From Roseibacillus sp. (GTDB lineage Bacteria; Verrucomicrobiota; Verrucomicrobiia; Verrucomicrobiales; Akkermansiaceae): a stretch of DNA of 64,000 nucleotides. The position numbers were made by a program, and so were the translations under genes. This document shows, piece after piece, positions 49,778 to 60,256 of the stretch (position 1 is its first letter; every line of letters starts with the position of its first letter). The stretch lies in assembly GCA_965242925.1 (NCBI GenBank), contig CBDEUM010000004.1:64001-128000 (forward strand). The letters are read 5' to 3'. A model generated the notes under the pieces. That model ran no database searches. It was given only the letters and a program-made list of their open reading frames with translations, and was not told the DNA's origin.

Positions 49778-50698
49778 ATCACACAGTCGCCGTTTCAAAT
49801 CCTGCTCTATTATCTCTACCGTTCACTGGTGGATGCAGGAGGCTATTTTGAGGAACATCGCATCCTCTGTGAGCGACTTGGCCTGCGTGGTCGGATCCTG
49901 ATTGCAGAGGAGGGCTTGAACGGAACGGTCTCGGGACCCAGCAAGATGACCGAGGAATACATGAGAATCCTCCAGAGAGACGAACGGACGAAGGGAATCG
50001 AATTCAAGGTGGATTCCTCCCGTGCCCACGCCTTCCCCAAGCTTGATATCAAATTGCGGAACGAACTGGTGACCCTCGCTCTGGGAGAGGATGATTTCTC
50101 TTCCATGGAAGAAACGGGGCGGCATCTGTCTCCGGCCGAGTGGCGGGTGCTAATGGAGAAGGAGGACGCAGTGATGATTGATGTGCGTAATCAGTATGAA
50201 TGGGAACTGGGACACTTTGAAGGGGCCCTCCTTCCCCGGGTGCAGAGCTTCCGGGAATTCCCTGAATGGGTGCGTAGAAATCGATCCCAACTCAAGGGGA
50301 AGAAAATACTGACTTACTGTACTGGCGGTGTTCGTTGTGAGAAATTCAGCGGGTTCCTTCTCCGGGAGGGGTTCGAGGAGGTCTTTCAGCTGGGGGGTGG
50401 AATCGTGTCCTACGGAAGGGATCCCGCTGTGCAAGGGGAGAAGTTTCTCGGCAAATGCTACGTTTTTGACGAGCGGATTGGTGTCGAGGTGAATCGTACG
50501 GTGGACGCGACAATCATCTCACGGTGTGATCATTGCGGCACTACCTGCGATCGCTATGTGAACTGCTCCTGGAGCCAATGCAACAGGCAGCACTTTTGTT
50601 GTGAGGCCTGCGAGGATGATGTGATGGGTTATTGTAATTCAGTCTGCAGGAAAGCGGCGGTGGTTTCTCTTGCTGCCCGGGGTCACGCAAGCGATTGA
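49778..50698 (+). CDS. trhO: Oxygen-dependent tRNA U34 hydroxylase (rhodanese, YceA family); start codon uncertain
   Basis: ILLYY, GRILIAEEGLNGT, DVRNQYE, YCTGGVRCEK, LGGGIVSY, CYVFDER, Cys-rich tail. No in-frame ATG at the expected position (ATC at 49778; upstream GTG at 49682). Confidence 0.88.
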   Translation: MTQSPFQILLYYLYRSLVDAGGYFEEHRILCERLGLRGRILIAEEGLNGTVSGPSKMTEEYMRILQRDERTKGIEFKVDSSRAHAFPKLDIKLRNELVTLALGEDDFSSMEETGRHLSPAEWRVLMEKEDAVMIDVRNQYEWELGHFEGALLPRVQSFREFPEWVRRNRSQLKGKKILTYCTGGVRCEKFSGFLLREGFEEVFQLGGGIVSYGRDPAVQGEKFLGKCYVFDERIGVEVNRTVDATIISRCDHCGTTCDRYVNCSWSQCNRQHFCCEACEDDVMGYCNSVCRKAAVVSLAARGHASD

Positions 50699-50746
50699 AT
50701 CCCTGCCCGGGCGGAGACTGTCCGACAGAAATCTTCTGAGATCAAG

Positions 50747-51727
50747 ATGACCGAGTCCCCAGCCCCCGACGATCAGCTCAAGCTCGAATTCGAGACCCCT
50801 CAGTTCCTGCATTCACTCTTCGCGAACGATCCGCGGGAAATGAAATACGCAGAGGAAAGGCTCGGGGTGCGAGCAGTCACGCGGAACGGCTGGATTCTAT
50901 TCAGTGGTCCACGCGAGGGGCTGAAAATGGCAAAGCGGCTCTTCTCTGATCTGGAGGAGGCCCGGCGGACCGGTGCGTGCATCGATCTGTCGGACTTCCG
51001 CCGGGCGGTTGACTTGGTGGCCGGGGACGAGGGTAGGAGCCTGGCCGAGTTGCACGCCTTCCGCCTGCTTGGCTCGCGCTCGCGGAAGGCGGTTACACCA
51101 CGGACCCTGCACCAGCTGGAGTATGTGGAGGCCATGACCCGTTACCCGGTGGTCTTCGGGTTGGGGCCAGCGGGCACCGGAAAGACTTATCTGGCAATGG
51201 CGATGGCGCTTTCCCGCTTAAAGAAGGGAGAGATCGCTCGGGTTATACTGACCCGACCCGCCGTCGAAGCGGGAGAGGCCCTCGGTTTTCTGCCGGGTGA
51301 CCTTCAGGAGAAGGTCGCACCCTACCTGCGTCCGCTTTATGATGCCTTGGATGATATCCTCGAGCCTGAGGAGGGACACCGCTATCTGGAGGACGGGACG
51401 ATTGAAATTGCACCGCTGGCCTACATGCGTGGACGCACCCTGGCCCATTCCTGCGTTATTCTGGACGAGGCTCAGAATACGACCCGGGAACAAATGTTCA
51501 TGCTTCTTACGCGGTTGGGTGAAGGGTCCTGCTGTGTCGTCACCGGGGATGGAACCCAAGTGGATTTAGGGGAGGGGACACCCTCCGGGCTGAGAGAGGC
51601 TGAACAGGCCCTCGCGGAGGTTTCAGGAGTGGGATTCGTTCATTTTTCGCAGGCCGATGTGGTGCGGCATCCGGTGGTCGGTGAAATAATTGACGCCTAC
51701 GAAAAACACAGGATTTGCGATGAATAG
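50747..51727 (+). CDS. phoH: PhoH family ATPase
   Basis: GPAGTGKT, RPAVEAGE.LGFLPGD, PLAYMRGRTL, DEAQN, LTRLG, VVRHP. Confidence 0.95.
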   Translation: MTESPAPDDQLKLEFETPQFLHSLFANDPREMKYAEERLGVRAVTRNGWILFSGPREGLKMAKRLFSDLEEARRTGACIDLSDFRRAVDLVAGDEGRSLAELHAFRLLGSRSRKAVTPRTLHQLEYVEAMTRYPVVFGLGPAGTGKTYLAMAMALSRLKKGEIARVILTRPAVEAGEALGFLPGDLQEKVAPYLRPLYDALDDILEPEEGHRYLEDGTIEIAPLAYMRGRTLAHSCVILDEAQNTTREQMFMLLTRLGEGSCCVVTGDGTQVDLGEGTPSGLREAEQALAEVSGVGFVHFSQADVVRHPVVGEIIDAYEKHRICDE

Positions 51728-51855
51728 GCCGATTGGATCTGACAACCGGGACAGAATGACGCGCTGTTAGCTTGAATCACGTTGTAAATGGCCCGGGTGG
51801 TTGCTAACCTTCCCGCCGCGACGTTCGCAAGCAGCAGCTTCTGATCGTCCGGATT

Positions 51856-53544
51856 GTGTTACTGAACCCCGTGGAACTCCTCGATTCCATCAGGCGGCGT
51901 CGCTTGAGCAAAAAGGGCCTCTCCTCCGGCAAGAAGCGCCGTACCCAGGCGGATGGCCCGGTGGCCAGCAGGCTGGATCGCAGCACTGTGCTGCGCTATT
52001 CGGTTTACGGAGCCTTCGCCCTCCTCATGGCGGCCCTGGCGTTTCACTTTGCCAATGGCGACGGGGCAGGGTCGCGGCCGTATTCCACAGTGCTTTCCAG
52101 TCTTCTGGTGGTGGGTATGGCGGTTTTTCTTTTTGAAGCGTGCCACCCGAAAACCGCCCGCCGAAACGGCCACGTCTTTCTCATCTTCTGCTGCCTGGCA
52201 GTCCAATTGAGCTGCGTCCGGCTCGTCTCTGTAATGGTCGATGCGAATTCCTTCCTGGGAGAGCCGTTCAAGCTGCTTCTTGTTCCCTATGCGTTCGCTC
52301 CCATGATCCTTTCTGTTCTCCTGAGAACCAACCTGGGACTTTACGCAGTAGCCGGCGCCACGCTGCTTGGTGCGTTCTTGATGCCCGCGGAGGCGCTCCT
52401 CCCGTATCTTGTGATGAGCGTGGTATGCGGATTGGCAGCGGTCCTTGTAACCCGGCAGGTGCGTAAACGGGGCCGTCTCCTCCGGGCTGGGTTTTACGTG
52501 GGAGGAGCAGCGGTTCTCCTGGCCTGCAGTTTCAACATTATTTCTCTGGGTTCGCTGATCGGGGGAGGGATGGTCGAATGGCAGACCTTTGGAATCGAGA
52601 TCGCCTCGGCATTTGGAGTCGGACTACTGACGGGCATGATCGTGTCCGGACTCCTGCCCATGCTTGAGTCAACCTTTACGCTCACCACCGACATAAGCTG
52701 GCTTGAGCTCAGCGACCTCAACCACAAGCTCCTGCGCCGCATGCAACTGGAGGCTCCTGGCACCTTCCATCACAGCATGGTTGTGGCTTCGCTTTCCGAA
52801 GCAGCGGCGGAAGAGATCGGAGCAAATCCCATGATGTGCCGGGTCTGTTCCTATTTTCATGACATCGGCAAGCTCAACAAACCGGCATACTTCATCGAAA
52901 ACCAGGGAGAGAGTAATCCCCACGACTCGCTCACTCCAACCATGAGTGCCCTCGTGATCGTTGCGCACGTCAAGGATGGCCTGGATATGGCAATCAAGAG
53001 CAAGCTTAACCCTCGAATCATCGACGTGATTCGTGAACATCATGGAGACTCCCTGGTTTACTTCTTTTACCGCAAGGCCCAGGAGCAACGGCGAGTTGAG
53101 GAAGGAAAGGTGCAGGAAGGCATCGAAAATCCCGAAGATGTGCCCGAGGTTAACGCGAAGAATTTTCGCTACCCGGGGCCGACGCCCCAAACCCGGGAGA
53201 GTGGAATCATCTCCCTGGCCGATGCGGTAGAAAGTGCGTCCCGAAGTCTGCGCAAACCAACTCCTGGCAAAATAAGGACCCTCGTCGATGAGATCGTGTT
53301 CAACCGGATCAAGGATGGACAGCTGGACAACTGCGGACTCACGGCAAGTGATCTCCGGAAGAGCCGGGACAGCTTTGCCAAGACCCTCCGCAGCATGATG
53401 CACAGCCGGATTGATTATCCCAAGCGAGAGAAACAGCCGAGCGATGATCGCGATGAGCCCCCCACTGCCGGAGGCAGAGTGAAGAACGTGGTCTCGGTTG
53501 AGGAACTGGAGAAACACCGTCGCAGGGCCGCCGGAAATTCCTGA
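51856..53544 (+). CDS. 7TM-HDIG domain phosphohydrolase (PgpH-like)
   Basis: Multiple TM helices; APGTFHHS, FHDIGK, YFIENQ, EHHG, FRYPGP.P, LADAVE. Confidence 0.9.
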   Translation: MLLNPVELLDSIRRRRLSKKGLSSGKKRRTQADGPVASRLDRSTVLRYSVYGAFALLMAALAFHFANGDGAGSRPYSTVLSSLLVVGMAVFLFEACHPKTARRNGHVFLIFCCLAVQLSCVRLVSVMVDANSFLGEPFKLLLVPYAFAPMILSVLLRTNLGLYAVAGATLLGAFLMPAEALLPYLVMSVVCGLAAVLVTRQVRKRGRLLRAGFYVGGAAVLLACSFNIISLGSLIGGGMVEWQTFGIEIASAFGVGLLTGMIVSGLLPMLESTFTLTTDISWLELSDLNHKLLRRMQLEAPGTFHHSMVVASLSEAAAEEIGANPMMCRVCSYFHDIGKLNKPAYFIENQGESNPHDSLTPTMSALVIVAHVKDGLDMAIKSKLNPRIIDVIREHHGDSLVYFFYRKAQEQRRVEEGKVQEGIENPEDVPEVNAKNFRYPGPTPQTRESGIISLADAVESASRSLRKPTPGKIRTLVDEIVFNRIKDGQLDNCGLTASDLRKSRDSFAKTLRSMMHSRIDYPKREKQPSDDRDEPPTAGGRVKNVVSVEELEKHRRRAAGNS

Positions 53545-53557
53545 AGGGAGCAGAGGA

Positions 53558-54013
53558 GTGAGTACGGATGCGAGGAGGGTTCAGGTCCACAATCGGCAGG
53601 CATGGCGCCAGCTTCCCGGAGAGTTGGCCGCATCCCTTGAGAGATGTGGGGAGGCCGCTCTTGGGCTGCTTGAGGAGCGATACCTCGCACGGGTTAAGCT
53701 TCCCGGGTTAGTAAGTGTCTCGCTGATCGATGATCCTGAGATTCAGCGGGTGCATACACAATTCATGGACAACCCGGACCCCACGGATGTGATCACTTTC
53801 CCCTATGGAGAGGAAGGTGATGTCCTGATCAGCGTAGAAACTGCCGCCCGTCAGGCTGAGCAGCTTGGAGCCTCGTTCGAGCGTGAAATTGCGCTCTATC
53901 TAATCCATGGCCTCCTCCATCTGGCCGGTTACGACGATACCACGCCGGCCGCACGAGAGGAAATGGACAAGCTGCAGGAGTCCTTGCTGACCAAGGTGCT
54001 TGGAAGCCCATGA
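53558..54013 (+). CDS. ybeY: rRNA maturation RNase YbeY
   Basis: PTDVITF, GDVLIS, HGLLHLAGYD; GAGGA RBS before GTG 53558. Confidence 0.93.
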   Translation: MSTDARRVQVHNRQAWRQLPGELAASLERCGEAALGLLEERYLARVKLPGLVSVSLIDDPEIQRVHTQFMDNPDPTDVITFPYGEEGDVLISVETAARQAEQLGASFEREIALYLIHGLLHLAGYDDTTPAAREEMDKLQESLLTKVLGSP

Positions 54014-54127
54014 AGCTTCTCCGCCGGGCAAATCCGGGGTTGCCAATGGGGAGCACCTTGACCATCTTTCTGTCCGCCCCGTTGTGTATTTCAGGACAAA
54101 AGGGGCCCCACCCACCGATCGCCCATC

Positions 54128-55804
54128 GTGTATTCAAATCAAGGTTATCTCAGCGAGTTGTTAGTTGAGCGGGGGGTCATCACCCCTGAGGAGATTGAAA
54201 AGGCACGCGAAGGAGTGAGCCCGAATCAGGGTGTCGTTGATCTGCTCGTGGCCGTGGGCGACGTTTCCGAGGAACAGGTAGCGCAGACCATCGCAGCGAG
54301 TGCCGGCACGGACTACATCGACATCAACCAGCATTCTTTCACGGAGCAGGTCTTTCAGGCCATGGATGTGGAGGTGGCGCAACGCTTCCAAGCGGTACCC
54401 CTTCAGGATGATGGCACCTACATGACGGTGGCAGTTGCTGATGCCCTGGACTTTGAAACCCTCGACAGTCTCCCTCATGTGGTCGGGCGGGAGGTGAATT
54501 TTGTGGCCGCCACGCCCTCGGCTATCACCAAGGCTCTGCACGATAATTATGGAGTGGAGTCAGAAGGAGAGGACAGTGGAACCTCATTTACAGTCATCAC
54601 CGAAGGTGAGACGGAGGTGGCCGACGCAAATGACGCTCCCATCATCCGGATGGTTTCCAACATGTTGCTGGAAGCGTTTCGGATGCGCGCTTCCGATATC
54701 CATGTTGAGCCGCTGGAGACCACGCTGCGTATTCGTTTCCGGGTGGATGGTCGACTGATGGAGATTGATAGTCATCCCAAGCGACTCCTCCCGGCCATTG
54801 TGGCCCGAGTGAAGGTCATGAGTGGAACCATGAGCATCGCGGAGAAGCGTATTCCCCAGGATGGGCGTATTCAGATGCGTATCGGGGGGAAGGAGGTTGA
54901 CCTCCGTGTTTCGACCGTGCCGAGCAACCACGGAGAGAGCATCGTGATGCGGATACTTGACAAGTCCTCGCTCCTCCTCGGCCTGCCCGAGCTTGGGTTT
55001 TTCACGGACGATGAGCAGATCATGCGCGAATTGATGGGTCTTCCCGACGGCATCATCCTCGTGACCGGTCCCACCGGATCCGGAAAGACCACCACCCTCT
55101 ACGCCTGCCTCAACTACATCAACAAGCCCGATCGGAAGATCATCACGGTGGAGGATCCCATCGAATACCAATTGGCTGGGATCAACCAGGTCATGGTGAA
55201 ATCCGACATTGGGATGACCTTCGGGGCCGCCCTGCGGGCCATGCTGCGTCAGGCGCCGAACATCATCATGGTGGGTGAGATCCGGGATGTTGAGACTGCC
55301 AACATTGCGATAAATGCTTCTCTCACCGGTCACCTTGTCTTTTCCACCCTGCACACCAATGATGCTCCCAGTGCAGTGGCTCGACTCGCGGATATCGGGG
55401 TTCAGCGATTCCTCATAGCCTCGGCCGTGCGGGCCGTGATGGCACAACGACTGGTTCGATCTCTGTGCAAGGATTGCAAGGGGCCGGGTGAGCTGACGGA
55501 GTCGGAAATGCGCCTCCTGCGCCTCGATCAATCCCAACTGGCGGAGAGCGCCATCATGGGGCCCAACGGTTGCGACAGTTGCAGGAAAGGGGGCTACCGG
55601 GGACGTCAGGGCATCTTTGAAATCTTTGAGGTGGACGATGAAGTCCGCCACCTCATCAACGAAAACCTCAGCACTCCGAAACTACGTAGCAGGGCACGCG
55701 AACTGGGAATGCGGACCTTGCGAGAGGATGGCATAAGGAAAGTTCTTGCCGGGATTACCTCCGCCTCGGAGGTGATCGCAGTCACGATGTCGGACGCCGA
55801 TTAA
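54128..55804 (+). CDS. pilB: PilB/GspE family ATPase (first of tandem pair)
   Basis: ASDIHVEP, IPQDGR, GPTGSGKTT, VEDPIEY, GHLVFSTLHTND, CKDC...CDSC. Confidence 0.93.
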   Translation: MYSNQGYLSELLVERGVITPEEIEKAREGVSPNQGVVDLLVAVGDVSEEQVAQTIAASAGTDYIDINQHSFTEQVFQAMDVEVAQRFQAVPLQDDGTYMTVAVADALDFETLDSLPHVVGREVNFVAATPSAITKALHDNYGVESEGEDSGTSFTVITEGETEVADANDAPIIRMVSNMLLEAFRMRASDIHVEPLETTLRIRFRVDGRLMEIDSHPKRLLPAIVARVKVMSGTMSIAEKRIPQDGRIQMRIGGKEVDLRVSTVPSNHGESIVMRILDKSSLLLGLPELGFFTDDEQIMRELMGLPDGIILVTGPTGSGKTTTLYACLNYINKPDRKIITVEDPIEYQLAGINQVMVKSDIGMTFGAALRAMLRQAPNIIMVGEIRDVETANIAINASLTGHLVFSTLHTNDAPSAVARLADIGVQRFLIASAVRAVMAQRLVRSLCKDCKGPGELTESEMRLLRLDQSQLAESAIMGPNGCDSCRKGGYRGRQGIFEIFEVDDEVRHLINENLSTPKLRSRARELGMRTLREDGIRKVLAGITSASEVIAVTMSDAD

Positions 55805-55830
55805 TTTCAATCCTAACGCACCAGATTCAA

Positions 55831-57510
55831 ATGGATGATCGCAACGTCTTGGACCTCTTCGTCAGCAGAGGGATGATTGATTCCTCGCTGGCCGAGGACA
55901 TGCTCCACGAGATTGAAGCCAGCGGGAAGGATGTGGGGGATATCCTGACGGATTTCCAGGTAGTTCAGTCCCGGGAGGACATGTGGGCGGTCATTGCCCA
56001 GGAACTTGGAGCGGAGCTGGTGGACCTTGCTGATTTCGTAGCTCCTGAAGAACTGCTGGCGGTCATTCCTGCGCCGATGGCGCGGCTTCATGGCGCGCTG
56101 CCCATTAACTTTGATGCAGAGGGCATTACGGTGGCCCTCCTCGATCCCATGAATCCGCAGACCGTTGAGGACCTGCGCTTCGCGCTGGGGAAGGAGATCA
56201 AGGTCGTGGTCGCACCCGTGCATGTGGTGGAGAAGAAGATCAACGAGGCTTACAGCGGGGGGGCGGATGAAGGGGCCGCCATGGCCGAATTGCTGGGAGA
56301 GCTCGATAATGACGGGAAGAATTTATCGGAGCAGGAACTGGCTGACGAAGCCAATTCCGCGCCGATTGTGCGCTATGTCGACCTGGTCATCTACCAGGCT
56401 ATCAAGGAGCGTGCCTCCGATATTCACTTCGAACCATTTGAGAAGGACTTCAAGATCCGCTATCGGGTGGATGGTTCTCTCTATGAGATGGCTCCTCCCC
56501 CCGTGCACCTTGCCCTGCCGATTCTCTCCCGGGTAAAGGTCATGTCGAACATGAACATTGCTGAGCGCCGGGTTCCCCAGGATGGGAGGATCGTGAAGCA
56601 GATCGGGGATCAGCAGATCGATTTGCGTGTTTCTTCGCTGCCCACCTCGTTTGGGGAAAGCGTCGTCCTGCGTGTTCTTGATCGCGCCAACGTCAACCTG
56701 TCTCTCGATGTCCTCGGTCTTCCCAGGCACGTTGAAGAATACGTGAACACCACCATCAAGAAGCCAAACGGTATCTTTGTGGTGACCGGACCCACCGGGG
56801 CGGGCAAGACGACCACCCTCTACGCCGCCCTGAAGGAAATCAACACCATCGACACGAAGCTCCTGACGGCGGAGGATCCGGTGGAATATGATATCGACGG
56901 GATTATCCAGGTTCCCGTCAACGATGCCATCGAACTCAGCTTTGCGCGCATTCTTCGTGCATTCCTCCGGCAGGATCCGGACAAGATTCTGGTGGGTGAG
57001 ATCCGGGACCTGGAGACCGCCCAGATAGCCATCCAGGCCTCGCTGACCGGTCACCTGGTCCTCTCGACACTCCACACCAACGATGCCGCAGGATCCATCA
57101 CGCGGCTGGTGGACATGGGAACGGAGCCCTTCCTGGTGGCAGCCTCCCTTGAGGGCATCCTGGCGCAGCGTCTGGTCCGGACCATCTGCAAGGATTGCCG
57201 CGACAGCTACGAGCCCAATGAGGCCATCCTGAACCAACTCGACCTCTCGGCTCACGAACTGGGAGATAAGCACTTCTATACGGGACGTGGTTGCGACATT
57301 TGCAGTCAGAGCGGACTGCGTGGACGCCGCGGCCTGTTTGAACTGTTGAGCGTCTCCGACCCCATCCGGGAGATGATCACGGATCGGGCACCCACCGTGG
57401 CCCTGAAGCAGAAGGCAATCGAACTCGGCATGACAACCCTCCGGGAAGATGGCCTTCGCAATATCTACGAGGGCACCACGACGATTGAAGAAGTCCTCAA
57501 GTACACGTAG
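55831..57510 (+). CDS. pilB: PilB/GspE family ATPase (second of tandem pair)
   Basis: ASDIHFEP, VPQDGR, GPTGAGKTT, AEDPVEY, LRQDPD, CKDC...CDIC. Confidence 0.93.
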   Translation: MDDRNVLDLFVSRGMIDSSLAEDMLHEIEASGKDVGDILTDFQVVQSREDMWAVIAQELGAELVDLADFVAPEELLAVIPAPMARLHGALPINFDAEGITVALLDPMNPQTVEDLRFALGKEIKVVVAPVHVVEKKINEAYSGGADEGAAMAELLGELDNDGKNLSEQELADEANSAPIVRYVDLVIYQAIKERASDIHFEPFEKDFKIRYRVDGSLYEMAPPPVHLALPILSRVKVMSNMNIAERRVPQDGRIVKQIGDQQIDLRVSSLPTSFGESVVLRVLDRANVNLSLDVLGLPRHVEEYVNTTIKKPNGIFVVTGPTGAGKTTTLYAALKEINTIDTKLLTAEDPVEYDIDGIIQVPVNDAIELSFARILRAFLRQDPDKILVGEIRDLETAQIAIQASLTGHLVLSTLHTNDAAGSITRLVDMGTEPFLVAASLEGILAQRLVRTICKDCRDSYEPNEAILNQLDLSAHELGDKHFYTGRGCDICSQSGLRGRRGLFELLSVSDPIREMITDRAPTVALKQKAIELGMTTLREDGLRNIYEGTTTIEEVLKYT

Positions 57511-57572
57511 ATCCTGAAGATTCCACCATTTAGATTTCCCAACCCTCCCATTAACGCTAGACAATCACTCCA

Positions 57573-58850
57573 ATGGCCAACTTTCAGTATATCGCACTAG
57601 ACGCCAAGGGCGAGCAGACGACCGGAACCGTGCAAGCCGGATCCGAAGCCGATGCGGTGGCTCAGCTACGAAACCAGGGACTCTATCCGACCCAGGTGAT
57701 CCAGGAAGGAAAAGGGAATCTCAGCGTGGCCGGGAAGAAAGCAGCAGCCAAGGCCCGCGGCAAGAAGAAGGCCCGGGGAAAGACGGGCGGACGAATCAAG
57801 CCAAAGATCCTCATGATCTTCACGCGTCAGTTGGCAACGCTGATCGATTCCGGGTTGCCTCTGCTGCGAGGCCTGACCGTTCTGGGCAAACAGGAACCCA
57901 ATCAGGTTCTCCGCGGGACCATCAACTCGATTGCGGATTCCGTGCAGGGCGGTTCCACCTTTTCGGAGAGCCTGGCGCAGCACCCGCGCATTTTCGATAA
58001 ACTCTACGTCAACATGGTGAAGGCCGGGGAACTCGGTGGTGTGCTTGAAGTGGTGCTTACCCGTCTGGCTGAATACCAGGAGAAAGCCCACAAACTGAAG
58101 AACAAGATCGTGGCCGCCATGGTCTACCCCGTCATCGTCATGTTCATTGCGGTGGCGATCCTGACTTTCCTGATGCTGTTCATTGTGCCGAAGTTCAAGG
58201 AGATGTTTGCAGACATGGGGGGGGCCCAACTCCCCACGATCTCGAAGGTGGTCTTCGGGTTCTCGGATTTCATGATGGCTATAAATTTTATCCTTCCCAA
58301 CGCGGTCTGGATTCTCTTTAGCCTCTTCGGGGTCTGGCTCATCTTCCAGTTCTGGGGCCGCACCAAGGGTGGTCGGCGCTTCCTGGATACGGTCAAGTTG
58401 CGCATACCGCTCTTTGGCGAGATTCAGCGCAAGAGTGCGGTCTCCCGCTTCTCGCGGACCCTGGGGACCCTGGTGACTTCCGGTGTTCCCATCCTGCAGG
58501 CTCTGAACATCACCAAGGAGACCGCGGGGAACGTGGTAATCTCAGAGGCAATTAGCAAGGTGCACGAGTCGGTGAAGGAGGGGGAATCCATCGTGCAACC
58601 CCTCCAAGCCAGTAAGGTGTTCCCGTCCATGGTCATCAGTATGGTGGATGTCGGCGAGGAGACCGGTCAATTGCCGGAAATGCTGCTCAAGATTGCGGAT
58701 GTCTACGATGATGAGGTCGACAATGCGGTGACCGCCCTGACTTCGGTCCTGGAGCCCATCATGATCGTTTTCCTGGCTCTGGTTGTCGGTGCAATTGTAT
58801 TTGCATTGTTCCTACCGCTGATTAAGATTATCCAGCAGATGCAGCAGTAG
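57573..58850 (+). CDS. pilC: PilC/GspF family platform protein
   Basis: MANFQYIALD, FTRQLATLIDSGLPL, AGELGGVL, AMVYP, VGEETGQL, LEP. Confidence 0.95.
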   Translation: MANFQYIALDAKGEQTTGTVQAGSEADAVAQLRNQGLYPTQVIQEGKGNLSVAGKKAAAKARGKKKARGKTGGRIKPKILMIFTRQLATLIDSGLPLLRGLTVLGKQEPNQVLRGTINSIADSVQGGSTFSESLAQHPRIFDKLYVNMVKAGELGGVLEVVLTRLAEYQEKAHKLKNKIVAAMVYPVIVMFIAVAILTFLMLFIVPKFKEMFADMGGAQLPTISKVVFGFSDFMMAINFILPNAVWILFSLFGVWLIFQFWGRTKGGRRFLDTVKLRIPLFGEIQRKSAVSRFSRTLGTLVTSGVPILQALNITKETAGNVVISEAISKVHESVKEGESIVQPLQASKVFPSMVISMVDVGEETGQLPEMLLKIADVYDDEVDNAVTALTSVLEPIMIVFLALVVGAIVFALFLPLIKIIQQMQQ

Positions 58851-58869
58851 AGAATCCGCCCTCGACCAA

Positions 58870-59454
58870 ATGACCATTTCGCTCAAACCGAAGAGAATCA
58901 AGGGATTAAGAGGATTCACCCTCGTTGAATTGCTGACCGTGGTTACGATCATCGTCATCCTTTCGGGGATGGTGGTAGGGGTTTCCGCCTTCGTTCAGCG
59001 TAAGGCCGCGGTCGACAGGGCAAAAGCGCAGCTGGCGACCTTTAACCTGAAAATCATCGAATACAAGAATGACGCTGGTGGTTTTCTACCACCCACCTCC
59101 GAGGAGGACGTGGAAGCGAGGAGCGGTCTCATCCTTTACCGGATGCTCTACGGGGATGGAGTCGGTGACGACGGGATCGTTGGAACCGCTGACGACGGTG
59201 CCTTGGATGGGCGACCGGATGAGGGAGCGTTTCGTGTTTACCTCCCGGACCAACTGGACCCGCATAATAACAACCATAATATGATCAATAAGAAGGGTGG
59301 AGAGCTGCCGGTAGAAGTGGTGGATCCCTGGGGCAACCCCTGGCGGTTCCGCAATCAGAGAGGTGATCCCAGCCAGAAAAATCCTGATTTTGATCTCTGG
59401 TCTATCGGTCCTGACGGAAAAAACGGAACCGTGGACGACATAAAGAACTGGTAG
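58870..59454 (+). CDS. Prepilin/pseudopilin with GspG-like C-terminus
   Basis: RG|FTLVELL class III signal; DPWGNPW; FDLWSIGPDGKNGTVDDIKNW. Confidence 0.88.
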   Translation: MTISLKPKRIKGLRGFTLVELLTVVTIIVILSGMVVGVSAFVQRKAAVDRAKAQLATFNLKIIEYKNDAGGFLPPTSEEDVEARSGLILYRMLYGDGVGDDGIVGTADDGALDGRPDEGAFRVYLPDQLDPHNNNHNMINKKGGELPVEVVDPWGNPWRFRNQRGDPSQKNPDFDLWSIGPDGKNGTVDDIKNW

Positions 59455-59677
59455 AGGCTGGTCCTGCCTCCCGAGGCATGACAGTCGGGCCTTCGTTGCC
59501 CAGGTGTCATGGTGGTGGGCCCCGTGTTCATGACGGGGGAGGAAGCGCGTCCCCTTCAATTTTAACTGCTCCCGGGGATTCGGTCTGGTTGCCGACAGCA
59601 GGTCCTCTGATCCCCGGTTGGCTCTCCCGCCCACCGTAATGGGGCGCCTTAGAGCGCAGGGTCGGTGGCCAGTTGCT

Positions 59678-60109
59678 TCAGGCTACCCGGACGGCAGGAG
59701 CGGCGGGAATAGCGGCCCCCTGTTCCAGGAAATGATGAACATTGCGTAATGCGACCGGCGTCCGTGAGAGACGATAGCCGTCAGGGAGACCGCCCCCGAC
59801 CATCGAACAGGTCGCGATTACGGTGCTGGCCAGTTCGTGGATCTCCTCCTCCGGGGCGTAAATCACCGAACCCCGGATGCCCCGGTCAATGAGGCGTTCA
59901 TACCAGGGAGCCAACTGGAGAGCTCCGACGTAGCTGACCTGGAGGGAAAGGACTTCACTGAGATCGAGGTATTCGACTGCCCCCCTTAGATCATTGGGGA
60001 GATGGGAGGCCTCCTCGAGGTAGTGTTCCATGTCGACGAGGGTGACATGATCCCATGCCGCTGCGTCGATTACGCGATGATCCAGATGATACTCGTATCC
60101 GGCAGGCAT
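59678..60109 (-). CDS. Hypothetical protein (possibly SpoIIAA/STAS-like fold)
   Basis: 143-aa ATG ORF filling the gap; alternating alpha/beta pattern (YLDLSEV...SVIYAP). Confidence 0.5.
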   Translation of the reverse strand: MPAGYEYHLDHRVIDAAAWDHVTLVDMEHYLEEASHLPNDLRGAVEYLDLSEVLSLQVSYVGALQLAPWYERLIDRGIRGSVIYAPEEEIHELASTVIATCSMVGGGLPDGYRLSRTPVALRNVHHFLEQGAAIPAAPAVRVA

Positions 60110-60256
60110 TTAAGAAATCTTAAATACCAGACGGCAGGATGCAAGGAGCTTTCCCGGGGAGAATCCGCTGGGTGGCCGGTGCGGAGGCCCCTTCGGCTTC
60201 GGGTGGTGAATTGATGTCAGAGGGCCCCGCAGCACGTCATGCTCACCCCGTGACAA

